Shown here piece after piece: positions 51,386-64,000 of a DNA stretch of 64,000 nucleotides. The stretch is taken from assembly GCF_009914755.1 (NCBI RefSeq), contig NC_060945.1. One strand, written 5' to 3'. Position numbers and translations under genes: made by a program. The notes under the pieces are model-generated. The model was not told where the DNA came from and did not search any database. It saw nothing but the letters and a program-made list of their open reading frames with translations. The DNA comes from the human T2T-CHM13v2.0 reference genome, Homo sapiens. Position 1 is the first letter of the stretch. Each line of letters opens with the position of its first letter.

Positions 51386-52785
51386 TGTGTTAAGCTAAGT
51401 GAATTATAGCCCCTAAAGAGCAACTATACTCTTAAATTTTCTAAAAATGATTACCTTGCTTTAATCTCTATTCATGAAGAATTTAGTTTTATGATGATAA
51501 AACAACTATAGGGTTCTAAAGGCCTAAGTGATTCCAGTTGAAATGATTATGCTTTTTCATTTTTTTATTGATTTATTAAACAACTCTGATCAAAATAATA
51601 TACGTCAGATGGGATAAATTCAAAACTACCAATGGATGACATACATTCTTTTTAAAACCTTTTAATATCTTTTAATATTATATACTTTCTTACGGTCACT
51701 GGATGAGGTCCATAGACTGCATTAAATTCTTATAAAATATGGCTTTTCTACTGAAGGAGGATAATTAATTTGAGCAGTGTAAGGGGAAAGTTAGCATATT
51801 GTTGCGCCATTTTCTGGAAGAAATTATCTGTGTGCTCAAATGGCTGATTAAAAGCTGTGACAATGTCTGGCACCTAAAAAACAAGGAAAAATCCCTACCA
51901 ACATATTTCTGCTCAATTTTTTTTTTTACTATTTTAATGGGCTCTTCCAATGCCAGAGAGCCCTACCACATCAATGTGGATACAGAAGTAACATCACCAA
52001 AGAATAGAACACATTTGAAAATAGACTTGCCTAGGAATGAAGGTGGTTTAGAAAAAAAGATAATACATGTAGATTACAAATAAAGCACTACTAAAGCTAA
52101 TGGCTGGATATTTAAAAAATGCGTTCATCAAATAAATCCTGTAATCTTGAACAGTGATGTTTCCATTAGACGCTTATTTATCTACCTAGTTTGTCCGTCA
52201 GTTTAAAGTGATTTCATTAATCATTTTATGTTTATCGTTTGATGTAAAGCAACATATTCTCTCCCATCGTTATATGTTAATTTAATCATCAGTTTATGTT
52301 TGTGTACGTTTACACAATTCTATTTGGATGGTTATTTTACTTCCTATTTGAGATTATTGAGATAAACAAGCAGCTTTCGATGCTAAAGATTTAGGGCTTA
52401 ACATCAAAACGTCTGACTGAGCAATACAGTAAGTAGCCGAAACTCTTTCATGCACAAGACTGCTTATGGGAGTATATCACAGGCAGCATGGACTTATGCA
52501 AAAGAGTGAATGAGAGGTCTCCCCGAGGAGCTTCTTCAGATGTTCCTATCCTCAGGCACATACCCTCACTGGATGCTGTGGTATAAGACCTAAAAGTAAA
52601 GCCCAATATTATGTGCTGCTTTGACGTTTGGTGAAATCAGGAATGATCATTTGGCTTAACCCCAAGTTCCACTTCCCACTCTGCTCCTGTAGATACGGTT
52701 CCCCAGACAAACAAACCTTCTTATTAAGGAGACTAGGTGCAATTTCTGCTTATTCCTAAGTAGTAGGTTTCAATTCTATACCAGT

Positions 52786-53177
52786 TGTCTTAGTCCATTT
52801 GCTGCTATAACAGAATAGTATAAATAGGCTAATTTATAAAGAAAATAAACATATTCCTCATTGTTTTGGAGGCTGGAAGTCTAAGAGCATGGCCCTAGAA
52901 TCTAGTGAGGGTCATTCTGTGGCAGAAGGGCAGGCAGCAGAAATGAGCATGCATGGCAGAGAGAGGAAATGAGGGCTGAATTTCATTATTTTATCAGGAA
53001 CTCATTCCCACAATAACTAACCTGCTCCGTAAATAATGGCATTAATTTATTTATAATGGAGGAGCCCTATGACCTAATAACTTCTTAAGGCCTCACCTCC
53101 CAATACTGTTACATAGGCAATTAAATTTTGGCATGAAATTTTTTTTGTGCGGGGCGGGTGGCATTCAAACCACAGCC
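52786..53177 (-). mobile_element. MSTC-like solo LTR
   Basis: tgtcttagtccatttgctgctataacagaata..cattcaaaccacagcc. TSD ccagt/ccagc. Confidence 0.8.
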
Positions 53178-53258
53178 CCAGCCCATGGAATTATTATTCA
53201 AGCAAGCCATTTCTGTCTTCCCAGCAAGAACGCAGGGTACCTCACCCTTTTGATACTA

Positions 53259-53460
<202 letters not shown>

Positions 53461-54139
53461 ATACTACAAAGTCTGCTTTCCATAGCCCTAGGCTGTTCAC
53501 TCTATTCATGAATGACCTTGCGTGGCATGTGACGTTCTGTTCCTCTGGACTGTAAGTATTTGTGACTAATAAATGATTGTCAATATCGTAAGTCCAGTTT
53601 CAGTTATTGTATGTCTGGTCATCCCATTACCCTAAAGTGGGAATCGCTCCCTCATCAGTGGGTGAATAGGAGGTGATTAAAACAGACCCTCCCCTGCCAC
53701 TCCCACCCACCATGTGCTTGGCCCTACACCAGTATATTGCTACTCAATGTCTTCGGACATTCTGATATGTCACTGCTGACCTTGTGCTTAGAAATATGTC
53801 TTCTTGTATCTGTGCTCTGAGGGTAAGACATGGCATTCAGAAAATAGCATAAATCATCTGGTTCCATATGCTCAAATATATTTTAACTGTGACAATCTAT
53901 TTGACTATCTATAGAAAAGATAACTACCTTAGTTCTAAGACAATAGTAGGTTAAAATTTTAAGATTTAAAAAATTTTCGTGGTGAGAATGTTATACTATC
54001 AAACAAGTCATTGACAGAAGTCTGGATCATGTGAAACACATAAATGGCCTGCTTTGCACATAAATAAACCTCTGAAGAAGTTTAGGACGTTTGAACTGGT
54101 AGAAGAAAGGTAGAAAAAAGAAAGTGAATAGTGTTCTGA

Positions 54140-54610
54140 ATAAATAACAATAGCTGGTATTTACTAAGCACTTACTATATCCGGTGATTTCCATGCATTT
54201 TCTCACTTAGTTCTCACAATAAACTTATGAAACTATTATCATAGATTACAAACAAAGCGAAAATAAAACTCCAAGATGTAGCAAGTTAAATAAGTTAGCC
54301 AGGGCTAGAAAGTGGGGAATATAAGGTAGGAGTCTACCAATCTGTCTAAATCCAGGTCTAGGATCTCAAAAAAACTTCCTACCTTTCAGTAAATATACAT
54401 GCATCAGTAGTGAGTCACATAAATCAAGAATGGTACACTAATTTGCAGCTCCAACACTCGCTAGCTGTTTAGTCTTAAGCCAGGTGTGTCTGATCTCCTT
54501 AAAATTGTTTTCTCTTTTATGATAAACAAAAAGCTAGCAAACAAAAAGTACTTTAGAGCACTGCTATAAGGATTTACTGAAATAATGTAACTTAAAACAC
54601 ATGGAATGTT
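54140..54610. mobile_element. Two MIR fragments (minus about 54140-54385, plus about 54430-54610)
   Basis: tatttactaagcacttactat..ttctcacaataaacttatga; ctagctgtttagtcttaagcca. Confidence 0.6.
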
Positions 54611-54949
54611 TGTTGTGCTTATTTCTAATCACTGTTTTATTCAGTCACCCATTCAGTAAATATTTTCTGATCTGCTAACATGTGCTAGCTACTGTTATGG
54701 ATACTTGGATTATGTCAACAAAAAAAGCAAATAGTCCTACCTTCATTCACATCTTACTCCATTCATCAGATAAATTCCAAATGAATCAGAGTCAAATATA
54801 GAATATAAAATCATACAACAACTAGAAGAAAATATAAGTAAGTAGCTCTAAAACCTAAAAGTGAGGAAAACGTTTCTCACTGTGACTTAATATTCACAAG
54901 CAATATAGAAAATTGATTACATTATTTTTAAATTTAATTAATTGTATTA

Positions 54950-55119
<170 letters not shown>

Positions 55120-55224
55120 TAAAGATTAAAAAAACCTGAAAACTTTTGTATGGAAAAAGGCACCAAAAACAGCATAAAAAGAAAAACAGCTCACAAAAAT
55201 ATTGGTGAGGAGAATATTATGTAT

Positions 55225-55858
55225 TAAAATTGATAAAGCAGCAGCAGGTTTAGAGAGGATTCACTCCAATTTTGAAAGAATTTCCAATACAGGTAAAATG
55301 CTATCAAACAGTATCACATGCTACAGGGAAATCTTTCATGAAATGAAGAGTAAATTGATGCAACAAACTTCATTGTTGTCTTATTTTTAAAAAAATGCAA
55401 CAGTCTATAGTCCCAGCTATGCAGGAGGCTAAGGCAGAAAGATCCCTTGAGCCCAAAAGCTTGAAGCTGCAGTGAGCTATAATTATGCCACTGCACAAGA
55501 CATAGCAGGATTCTATCTCTTAAAAAAATTGCCACAGCTATTCCAACCTTCAGCAACCACCACTCTGATTAGTCACTAGCCATCTACATCGAGGAAAGAT
55601 GCTTCACCAGCAAAAGGATTATGACTCTATGAAGGCTTAGATGATTATTAATGGGTTTTAGCAATAAAGTATTTTAAATTATGGCATGTACATTTTTTAA
55701 GAAACAATGCTGTTGCATACTTAATAGACTATAGTGTACTGTAAATATAACTTTTATATACACTGGGAAAACAAAAAAATTGTGCAACTTGCTTTATTGC
55801 TATATTCACTTTATTACGGTTGTCTACAACCAAACCCACAATATTTTTGAGATGTGCT
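55225..55858 (+). mobile_element. Tigger1 3' portion
   Basis: gataaagcagcagcaggtttagagaggatt..ttgccacagctattccaaccttcagcaaccaccac..aacccacaatatttttgagatgtgc. Confidence 0.88.
55403..55520 (+). mobile_element. FAM/FRAM-like Alu monomer inserted in Tigger1
   Basis: gtcccagctatgcaggaggctaaggcag..gctgcagtgagctataatt. TSD aaaaaaatgcaacag/aaaaaaattgccacag. Confidence 0.75.
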
Positions 55859-55860
55859 TT

Positions 55861-55988
55861 CATTCTGATAGGGATTGCATTGACTCTATAGATTGCTTTG
55901 AATAGTAATGGTCATCTTGACAATATTTATTCTTCTAATCCATGAACACGGGATATCTTTTCATTTTTTTTTTTTTGCATCTTCTTCA
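55861..55988 (-). mobile_element. L1 ORF2 fragment
   Basis: gatagggattgcattgactctatagattgctttg..ccatgaacacgggatatc. Confidence 0.75.
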
Positions 55989-56504
55989 GGGGCACTTCAT
56001 TTTATCACACACAATGATATATTACTAGGGCTTAATATCCTCGTATGACAGCAGAAAACTCCAATTAGTTATCTCTTAAAGAGTTGAAAATGGCATTTAA
56101 AAAATCTTTCATAAATTAAGAGGATTATTAAATTTACAGATATTAATGCAAATCATTCTTCAACTCAATGCTAGTAAAAAATCCATGATGCTCCGGTGGG
56201 AAAATATCAGGTAAGAAAGAAGACTGACTCCTAACAGAAATGACAATAGATTAAGGAACTCTCACCAGACTCTACAGAAATCCTGGAATACTCAGCTCTT
56301 ACACAACAATGCCCTGTGCAGATAAATTGATGGCCAAATGAACTCTCACAATGCCACTTCTACTCCAATAGACTTCTATACCATAAACATGTTATCCTTC
56401 GCGTCAGTCATCAAGTGACTGAGTCACATTTGCCAGGATTTAAATCAAAGATATGTACAGGATATTGAAGAGATACCAAGGGAACAGTTAATTTAAACAC
56501 AAGT

Positions 56505-57000
56505 TAACTGGGGAAAGAGAGAATGAGGAATAATGATGATGGATATATGTTTTTTTTTAAGGAATAATGAAAATGTTCTAAAAATACAGTGTAATGATGA
56601 TTGAACAACTCTGGATATACTAAACGCCACTGAATTGTGTGGCTTTTAATCACTTTAAAAGGATGATTCATATGGTATTTGTGGTGTCTATATACATATG
56701 AATAAATCTGTTATCAAAAAAGTAAAGCAGAGATCTATAGGAAAATGGTTGATTTTCTGTCTGGGGCAGAAAATGTGTGAGATGAGCCTGGATCCATTGG
56801 TCATGTCAGAAAGTGAGAAATCTATTAAAAATCTGTATGTTGTACCATCAATATTTAGAAACCAGCTTGAATATGCTCACAGTGATCAAAGATGGGGCAA
56901 CTTACACATCAATAAGAAAGTAATTGACATAAAGTAAAACACATAAAACATGTCCAAGAATTGGCAAGGCAACTAAAAAAATTCCTCATCAATCATCGAA
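56505..57000 (+). mobile_element. Old L1M 3'UTR fragments
   Basis: aatgaaaatgttctaaaa..cactgaattg; ggaaaatggttgattttctgtctggggcagaaaatgt. Confidence 0.6.
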
Positions 57001-57040
57001 TAAATCTTTTGTGGTTACATAACCAGTTGCGTTGCCATTG

Positions 57041-57071
<31 letters not shown>

Positions 57072-57224
57072 CTTAAAACAGCAGTATTTACTACTGCACA
57101 GTCTCCATGAGTCAGAAGTTTGGGCACAGCTTATCTTTATCTTCTGCTCAGAGTCTCACAAAACTGCAGTTGAGGTGCCAGTCAGGCCTGGCTCTCATCT
57201 ATCTTGGTCAGTGCTACTGTCATT

Positions 57225-57860
<636 letters not shown>

Positions 57861-59223
57861 CTATGGTATATTTGTTATGAAAATCCAAAGAAAGTACAAT
57901 TGTATACTTACAATTTTAGAAAGGATTAAATGTTATTGGAAAGTGGATGGTGTATGGTGAGGATGTGCAGTATTCAGTAAAATGATCAATAAAATGTGTA
58001 ATTTACATATCAGAATACATTCTGGAGCAAGGAGCAAGGAGAAGGAATAGAGAGTAAGTTGATATCTATGTCTTAATCTGTTTTTTTTCTCCGTTTTGGT
58101 TTCTGTTCATGATGGTATATCATAATCTCTTATACGTGTGTCTACTTACATGCATATATTACATATTCATAAAACATTTATTTGTAAAATTAATAGTTTC
58201 ATGTTTAGTAATGGCAATGCTATAGAATTTATTGTAGACGTATGAAACTGTATATAGTTCTTTTATCTCTCTAAAATCAAAGTGAAACCTTTTCTTTATC
58301 TAAATAATTATACCCCACTTTGTAGTTTTATGCCGTTTACTTTTTCTATGTGGAGCCAAATATAGCCATATAAGATGTATGTACTAAGATTTTTGAAATA
58401 TATTTAATTTTTTAAAAACCTATTTTATATTTTATTGGATTTTTTTGTCACTTGCTGTATATTCTGTAGCAATAATTTCTATTAAAAAGAGTTTAATGAT
58501 AAAAATGATGATGGGTTATTTTAATGAAGTTCTACCATATAAAACATACTCAGAATAATTTTTATTTTAATAAGACTAGATATCTTATTGAAATTCACCA
58601 CAAACTTGACAAAGAAGAGATTTTTTTTTTTTAACCATTTACCATTACTTTGTGGGATTGCTTTTGGTTTATTGTCCTGTTATTCTAATACTGAATTGAT
58701 ATTTTGCATGACAAGCCTTATTAATTTGCCAGAATTATTCCTCCTGGCAACATCTATTCAGAATGCATTGTAGAAGCAGGTAGAGGGTTAGTGGGGAAGG
58801 ATGGAAGTAAATAATTTAATGTATTAGAGAGGAAAATGTGATGCAAGAGCCGCAGAGGAAATTCTATCAATTTGAATAATAGACAGTGAGAGTTCTTGAG
58901 TTCTTCAAAACATTAGTATCTTTGTAGTAGGGCTTTGAGAATTAGGGTTGAGTGATCCTAACATCATCTGGCATTGGTTTACCTTCAACAGATCCTCAAC
59001 TAAAGCAGTTTAGACAGAAGTAGAAATCCATTAAAAATTATTTGCAGGAGGATATTTATCAAATTCTCCCTGTGGACCACTTATCCGGGGGAAATCATAT
59101 TTGGACAAGTTCTGATAATACAAAAATGGTGTGATGTTCCTGGAATGAGGCTGATAAATTGCTTGGCAGTTGCAGTGCAAAAAATATATGCATGGTGTTG
59201 GGTAATAAATACATCTTTAGTAT

Positions 59224-59240
59224 TCTCTCTCTCTGTCTTT

Positions 59241-59281
<41 letters not shown>

Positions 59282-59292
59282 TGTGTGTGTGT
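59224..59292. repeat. (CT)n(GT)n compound microsatellite
   Basis: Visible directly in the sequence. Confidence 0.95.
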
Positions 59293-59499
59293 ATGAGCAA
59301 TTCTAAAAGAAACTATATCTGTATGACAGATAATTTTTTAAGCCAAACATATTTTGGAAGGCCAAGAAGCTTGTTTCTTTCCAGATTTTCACCGGAGCAA
59401 GGAGAAGGAATAGGGGGCAAGTTGATATCTATGTCTTAATCTGTTTTTTTCCCCCCAGTTTTGGTTTCTGGTTCATGTGGTCATGGCTATGATGATTAG

Positions 59500-59680
59500 T
59501 CAATAATGCAGATATTTACTTAATCTCTGTATATTACAGTTTCCTTACTTGTAAAGTGGTAATAATCGTATCTTTGTTATGGGGTTATTTTGAAGACAAA
59601 ATTAGATAATTATTACAAAATGCTTAACGCCAGCCTGGCAAATAAGAAGTGCTCAATGAATGTTAGGTATTATTATTATT
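59500..59680 (+). mobile_element. MIR
   Basis: acttaatctctgt..cagtttccttacttgtaaagtgg..gcctggca..aagtgctcaatgaatgttag. Confidence 0.75.
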
Positions 59681-60262
59681 CCTAGTGCTCATTGTCATCC
59701 ACATAGGTGGCTGGTAGAACTGACTCTATCTTCTCTCAGCCTTTGTGCATAGTTAAAACAATTCTTGGCCAGTGAAATGGATATTAAAATAGCTTGAGGT
59801 GTTTTAATACTTTAAATAGAGTATAGAGTGGGTCTGTGTCAATACAAATAGTTTTAGAAAGTCAGAGGGATAACAGGGCTGATTCCTGGGAATGAACAGT
59901 GCACCCTTAAATGACAACAAAGTCAAACATTCAGCACTCAGTGGAAATAGCATGAGTAGTCATAATAAATTGGCCATAGTAACAGGCATTAACCAATCTG
60001 CTTGAAAAAAATCTGTTCTTTAAATCAGCTGATGGAAGTGCAAAGTCAATAGGTAAAAAGATGTAGGATATTACCCCCAAATTTTAGTTTGGCAAATGCT
60101 TTTTTCCATTATTCGAAATCGATAGATATGTCATGGTTTCCACTAAAGAATGTTATTTATTCAATTACTTACATTCATATTGAATCCTTTCAAATACTGA
60201 AACATGTTGAAGTGGTCTTTTTGATATGCTACATCTGTACCCTTATTTATTTTGTTAAAGAA

Positions 60263-60690
60263 TCTGAGTCAGCTTGGGCAACCATAAATATACTATAGAC
60301 TGGGTGGCTTAAACAACAGAAATTTATTTATTGTCTTACAATTCTGGAGGCTGGAAGTCTGAGATCAAGGTGCCAGAATGGTCAGTTTCTGGTGAGGTCC
60401 TTTTTCTTGGCTTGCAAATGGCCGCCTGGCTTGCAAATGGCAGGGGAAAAGAGAGGAAGACAGAGAGAGAAAGAGAGAGCAGAGAGAGAGAGACAGAGAG
60501 AGCAGAGAGAGAGAGAGAGATTGAAAACAATCTCTCTGGTGTCTCATCTTATAAGTGCCTTTATAAGGGAATAGTAAAGGGCCCTGCCTTCATGACCTAA
60601 TTCCTCTCAATGGCCCCAGCTTCCTACATACTGGGGGTTAGGGTCTCAACATATAAATCTGGGGGGGACACAAATATTCAGTCCATTCAA
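60263..60690 (-). mobile_element. MLT1A-type LTR with (GA)n expansion
   Basis: tagactgggtggcttaaacaacagaaattta..ggggacacaaatattcagtccat. Confidence 0.85.
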
Positions 60691-61435
60691 TATCTTAATG
60701 AGGTAGAAAACGTTTCATAAATAAGCAATATCACAAATTATTTGAAACATTTCAATGTAAATCTATTCTCATCACTTTGGTATACATTTCAATTTACGAA
60801 CATTTTGTTTAATGTAACAATAAATTAGAATGTTGAAAGTTGACTTTGGGTAAATATTTAATTTTTCTCACAAGGAAAATTTACTCCTGGCCCCATTTTC
60901 CCCAGTTATTTTCATCCTGTAATTTAAGTATGCAATATTTGATCTTCCCATTATCTTTGCTTTAAAACTTATTTTGGACACTGGTTTTTTAATAATGATG
61001 AAAGTCATAGCACCACAGTCCCTATATCATTCCTGGGTATGCCTCCTTGCAGTCACTCATTGCTTGTTGTATAGATGACAGAAAGAGCCTTGTAGCTGGT
61101 CTTTCTGTTTTCAGTCTGATCCATGTTAAAATTATTACCAACACAACAGTTAAATTCTCCTTCCCTTTTTCCTGCTCTTCTTTTTTTAAACCTTTTTTCT
61201 GCCCTTATTTCATTCTTCCATTATTTTTTAAAAGAATTATCTTTTTTAAAAAGTTACATGGGGTACAACTTATTTTTCCTAATTCTTTACCTTCCTATTC
61301 TGAAAATAAGTTATGTAACTGATTTTACTTGTGATCATAAGACTTGCTTTACATCAATACAGAAAGAGCATTTTTCATTTAAAAGGTTGATTAAAAATAT
61401 AGCCATTGTTTAATATTTCTCTTTGTCAAAGTTCT

Positions 61436-61517
61436 TTTTTTATTATTATACTTTAAGTTTTAGGGTATATGTGCACAATATGCAGGTTTGTTACATATAT
61501 ATACATGTGCCGTGTGG
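61436..61517 (-). mobile_element. L1PA (PA2-PA5-like) extreme 3' end, about 80 bp
   Basis: ttattatactttaagttttagggtatatgtgcacaatatgcaggtttgttacata. Confidence 0.88.
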
Positions 61518-62839
61518 GGTTTTGACCATTAATTTTAAATTTATGAGTTCATTTTATTATCTCTTTAGTTAACAAGAAAATAGAAAAAAAATGGCATGGG
61601 GAAAATTGTGAGGAAAATGTTTCTAAAAAGCTATTGTCAAAGTTCTCCTTACTAGAAAAAAGGATTGTGAATTCTTCCCACTTCTCACTTATCATCTGAT
61701 TAAGCATTTTGCAGATATGACATCTAGATATGGGAAAACATAAGAAAAATATTCCAATTACTTAGGTGTCCTCCAATCCTTGGAAGGCACTCAGCCTGAT
61801 AAAAGTGAGTTCTTTGACATAATATTTTGCATAACTAAAGTTCAAACTTTATTGTTTTAACATCTATACATCTATATGTAAGCAATACCGTATGCCAGGA
61901 ACAAGTTTCTATTATAGATCTGAATTTGTCCTCCCTTAGCTAGAAAGATCATTTTATCTAGGCCAGAAGAGAATTGCTGTTACATTCTCAGCATAGGAGC
62001 ACCTTACCTGATTCATGAATTATAAGTTGAATTCCATATCCAACTGTATTTGCGTTCTTATCTATTCAGATCTTTGTTGTTTTTGTATATTAACATGTTT
62101 TCTCTCACTGTACTAGAAATCTTTTTGTTCCCTTTTTTATTAAAGGCATTTGTTGCACTCTCCTTGGCTGGCCCTCCTCCCACCTCCATCCCGTCCAATT
62201 ATGTTTGTAACTTCCTGACATATAAATGTTGATAGTAGTATGAAAAGAGATTATCTAGTATAATACACTGTCAAATATGAGTTTTTTTGCTACTGCTTTC
62301 TTACAACCTATGACTCTCGAGTCTTTGAAAGCCTAATGAAACTATTGGCAATTCTGTAATTCATTACTTTGTACTCTACAGTGCTTGTTTAACTCTTATG
62401 GGGTTTGTTCTATTAAATTACACTCCATAATAATAAAAAAAAAGACTTGCTTTGGCTATTGAAATGTTAGAAAAAGCGGTGTATGTCTATGCAGAAACTT
62501 TAAGGGCTTTCTGGCAGTTTTCTGATTGTCAAAACAAAATATAAAAGCCCTTTGTGTGCAATCCCTTCTGGATTCCTCTGTATTGGTAACCACTGCCAAT
62601 TGTTCGATGTTCATTATTTCTTGTCTCTTTTCTATGCCTGCATGTACACCTAGATATATAATTATGTAACTTAAGTGGTCCAATTCTCTGTTTCATTTAG
62701 GATGCTTTTGCTATACCTAATAGAAAATTTCTTCTGAGACCTTACATATAAATAAAGTCCTTATGGATTAAAGAACTAACATGAAAAATTGTGAAATAAT
62801 TAGAAGAAAATTCACATACCCATGCACACACACATACTA

Positions 62840-63303
62840 TTTGCATGGGTTTCATGCATTTCTGCATATCTTGTATCCACTTTTATTCTGGACAATCTTT
62901 ACAGGAAGTTTGTACAGCAAACAGAGTTCCCTTGTGGCAGAAAGCAAGTAAATTTACTGTCCAGGATAATAAAGATAATATCTGCTTACAGGAGAAAGGT
63001 TAGGCAGATTTGCGTATAGCCCCCTTTAGAAGGTTGCCATTTCTTAAGCTCAGGGCTCATCAACTCAAACATAAGCCAACTATATGTATAACATATATGT
63101 GTAAGCATCACTCTGTAGGGCACGGGGGTGATAGGAATCTTTATGAACATGAAGCTCACACTCATACTGCCTATTGTGTGGCTAATAAATTCTTTTGTCA
63201 CTGAACTGGGAGTCCCATCTCTTCTGCCAGCATCTATAAAACTGTGTCAGAATAACTTAGTTTGCAAGTAGTTCAAAATCTCAGATATTTCTTAGTTCCT
63301 GAA
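62840..63303 (+). mobile_element. ERV-L class LTR (MER76-like)
   Basis: ctaataaattcttttgtc..gccagcatctataaaactgtg..aaaatctcagatatttcttagttcctga. Confidence 0.55.
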
Positions 63304-64000
63304 TATATCTGTGTCTACTATTATATCATCTGTATCAATTACCTATCTATCTCTCTATCATCTATCTATCTAGAGATATATCTGAGCAATTTGCTTTGGC
63401 AATAGTAATAATTTTTCTAAGCACGATATACACATTTACACAATGATGAACAAAAGTCTAGGCAGGGAGGCGGGTATAACTCTCTCATGCCCCTTTTTAT
63501 ATATTCACATCTATGTTCTACTTAAATCTTTCAGTGATTCTTCAGCACCTTCATGATGAGGTTACCACTCTTTTGTTATCTAGGTGTGCATATGCCTCTG
63601 CCTGATCTTGCCATTTTTATACTTGGATGATCTCTTTTGCCACTGTTAACTTGTGGATCTCTCTGATGCTATTGATAAACAGTGGTGACTTCACTTTTTA
63701 GTCCACTGAGTGAAAGGTGGAGGTGTTTTAAGTCAAGCTGGCATCTCACTCTTGTAGGTGGATCTCTAAGTTTGCTATCATTTCTGTGGCTCATCTTTCT
63801 TTGCTCCTTTCCTTCAGACTGAATACATTGAACTGTATACAATATAGGTAATATAGACCTGCAACCGAAGGGCCACAAGCTCTCAGAATGTTAGTACGTG
63901 GGCTGAGGAACAATGAAAGATGGTATGGGCTTAACGTATTATGCAAATGAAAGTCTTTTCAAACTGAGTTTAATAAATACTCCTTCTACCATTTCTTCCC

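Noticed and set aside
56140-56216. Possible exon ending CAG|gtaaga with an open frame
   Set aside because: The acceptor lacks a pyrimidine tract, and the region lies among old L1 fragments.

Overview
AT-rich mammalian DNA, human or ape-like as judged by AluY/AluS, L1PA, THE1/MST and MER11 content. It is intergenic or deep-intronic, and roughly two-thirds is decayed transposable elements in nested layers. I find no intact protein-coding gene, RNA gene or CRISPR array. The longest ORFs are remnants of L1 ORF1/ORF2, MaLR internal sequence, ERV-L gag/pol or Alu. Main elements: a complete MLT1A-type MaLR provirus (5.1-7.2 kb); a full-length L1PB on the minus strand with a perfect 12-bp TSD (8.4-18.2 kb), carrying AluSq and MSTA insertions; a full-length L1MA on the plus strand (20.2-28.8 kb) inside an older HAL1-like element, carrying AluSx and a MER11 solo LTR; an ancient ERV-L provirus (34.6-39.1 kb); a truncated L1MA (41.6-44.1 kb); and many solo LTRs, MIR/L2 pieces and DNA-transposon fossils. 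The non-routine observations are fold-back (template-switch) scars that seeded hairpin minisatellites, two short non-tandem duplications, a chimeric L1PA micro-insertion, a 3'-truncated CpG-rich Alu with intact TSD, an unidentified candidate retrocopy at about 45.9-46.5 kb, and candidate non-coding exons and regulatory elements. I cannot support a genuinely new biological system from sequence alone. Repeat subfamily names come from recalled consensus sequences and need Dfam/RepeatMasker confirmation.
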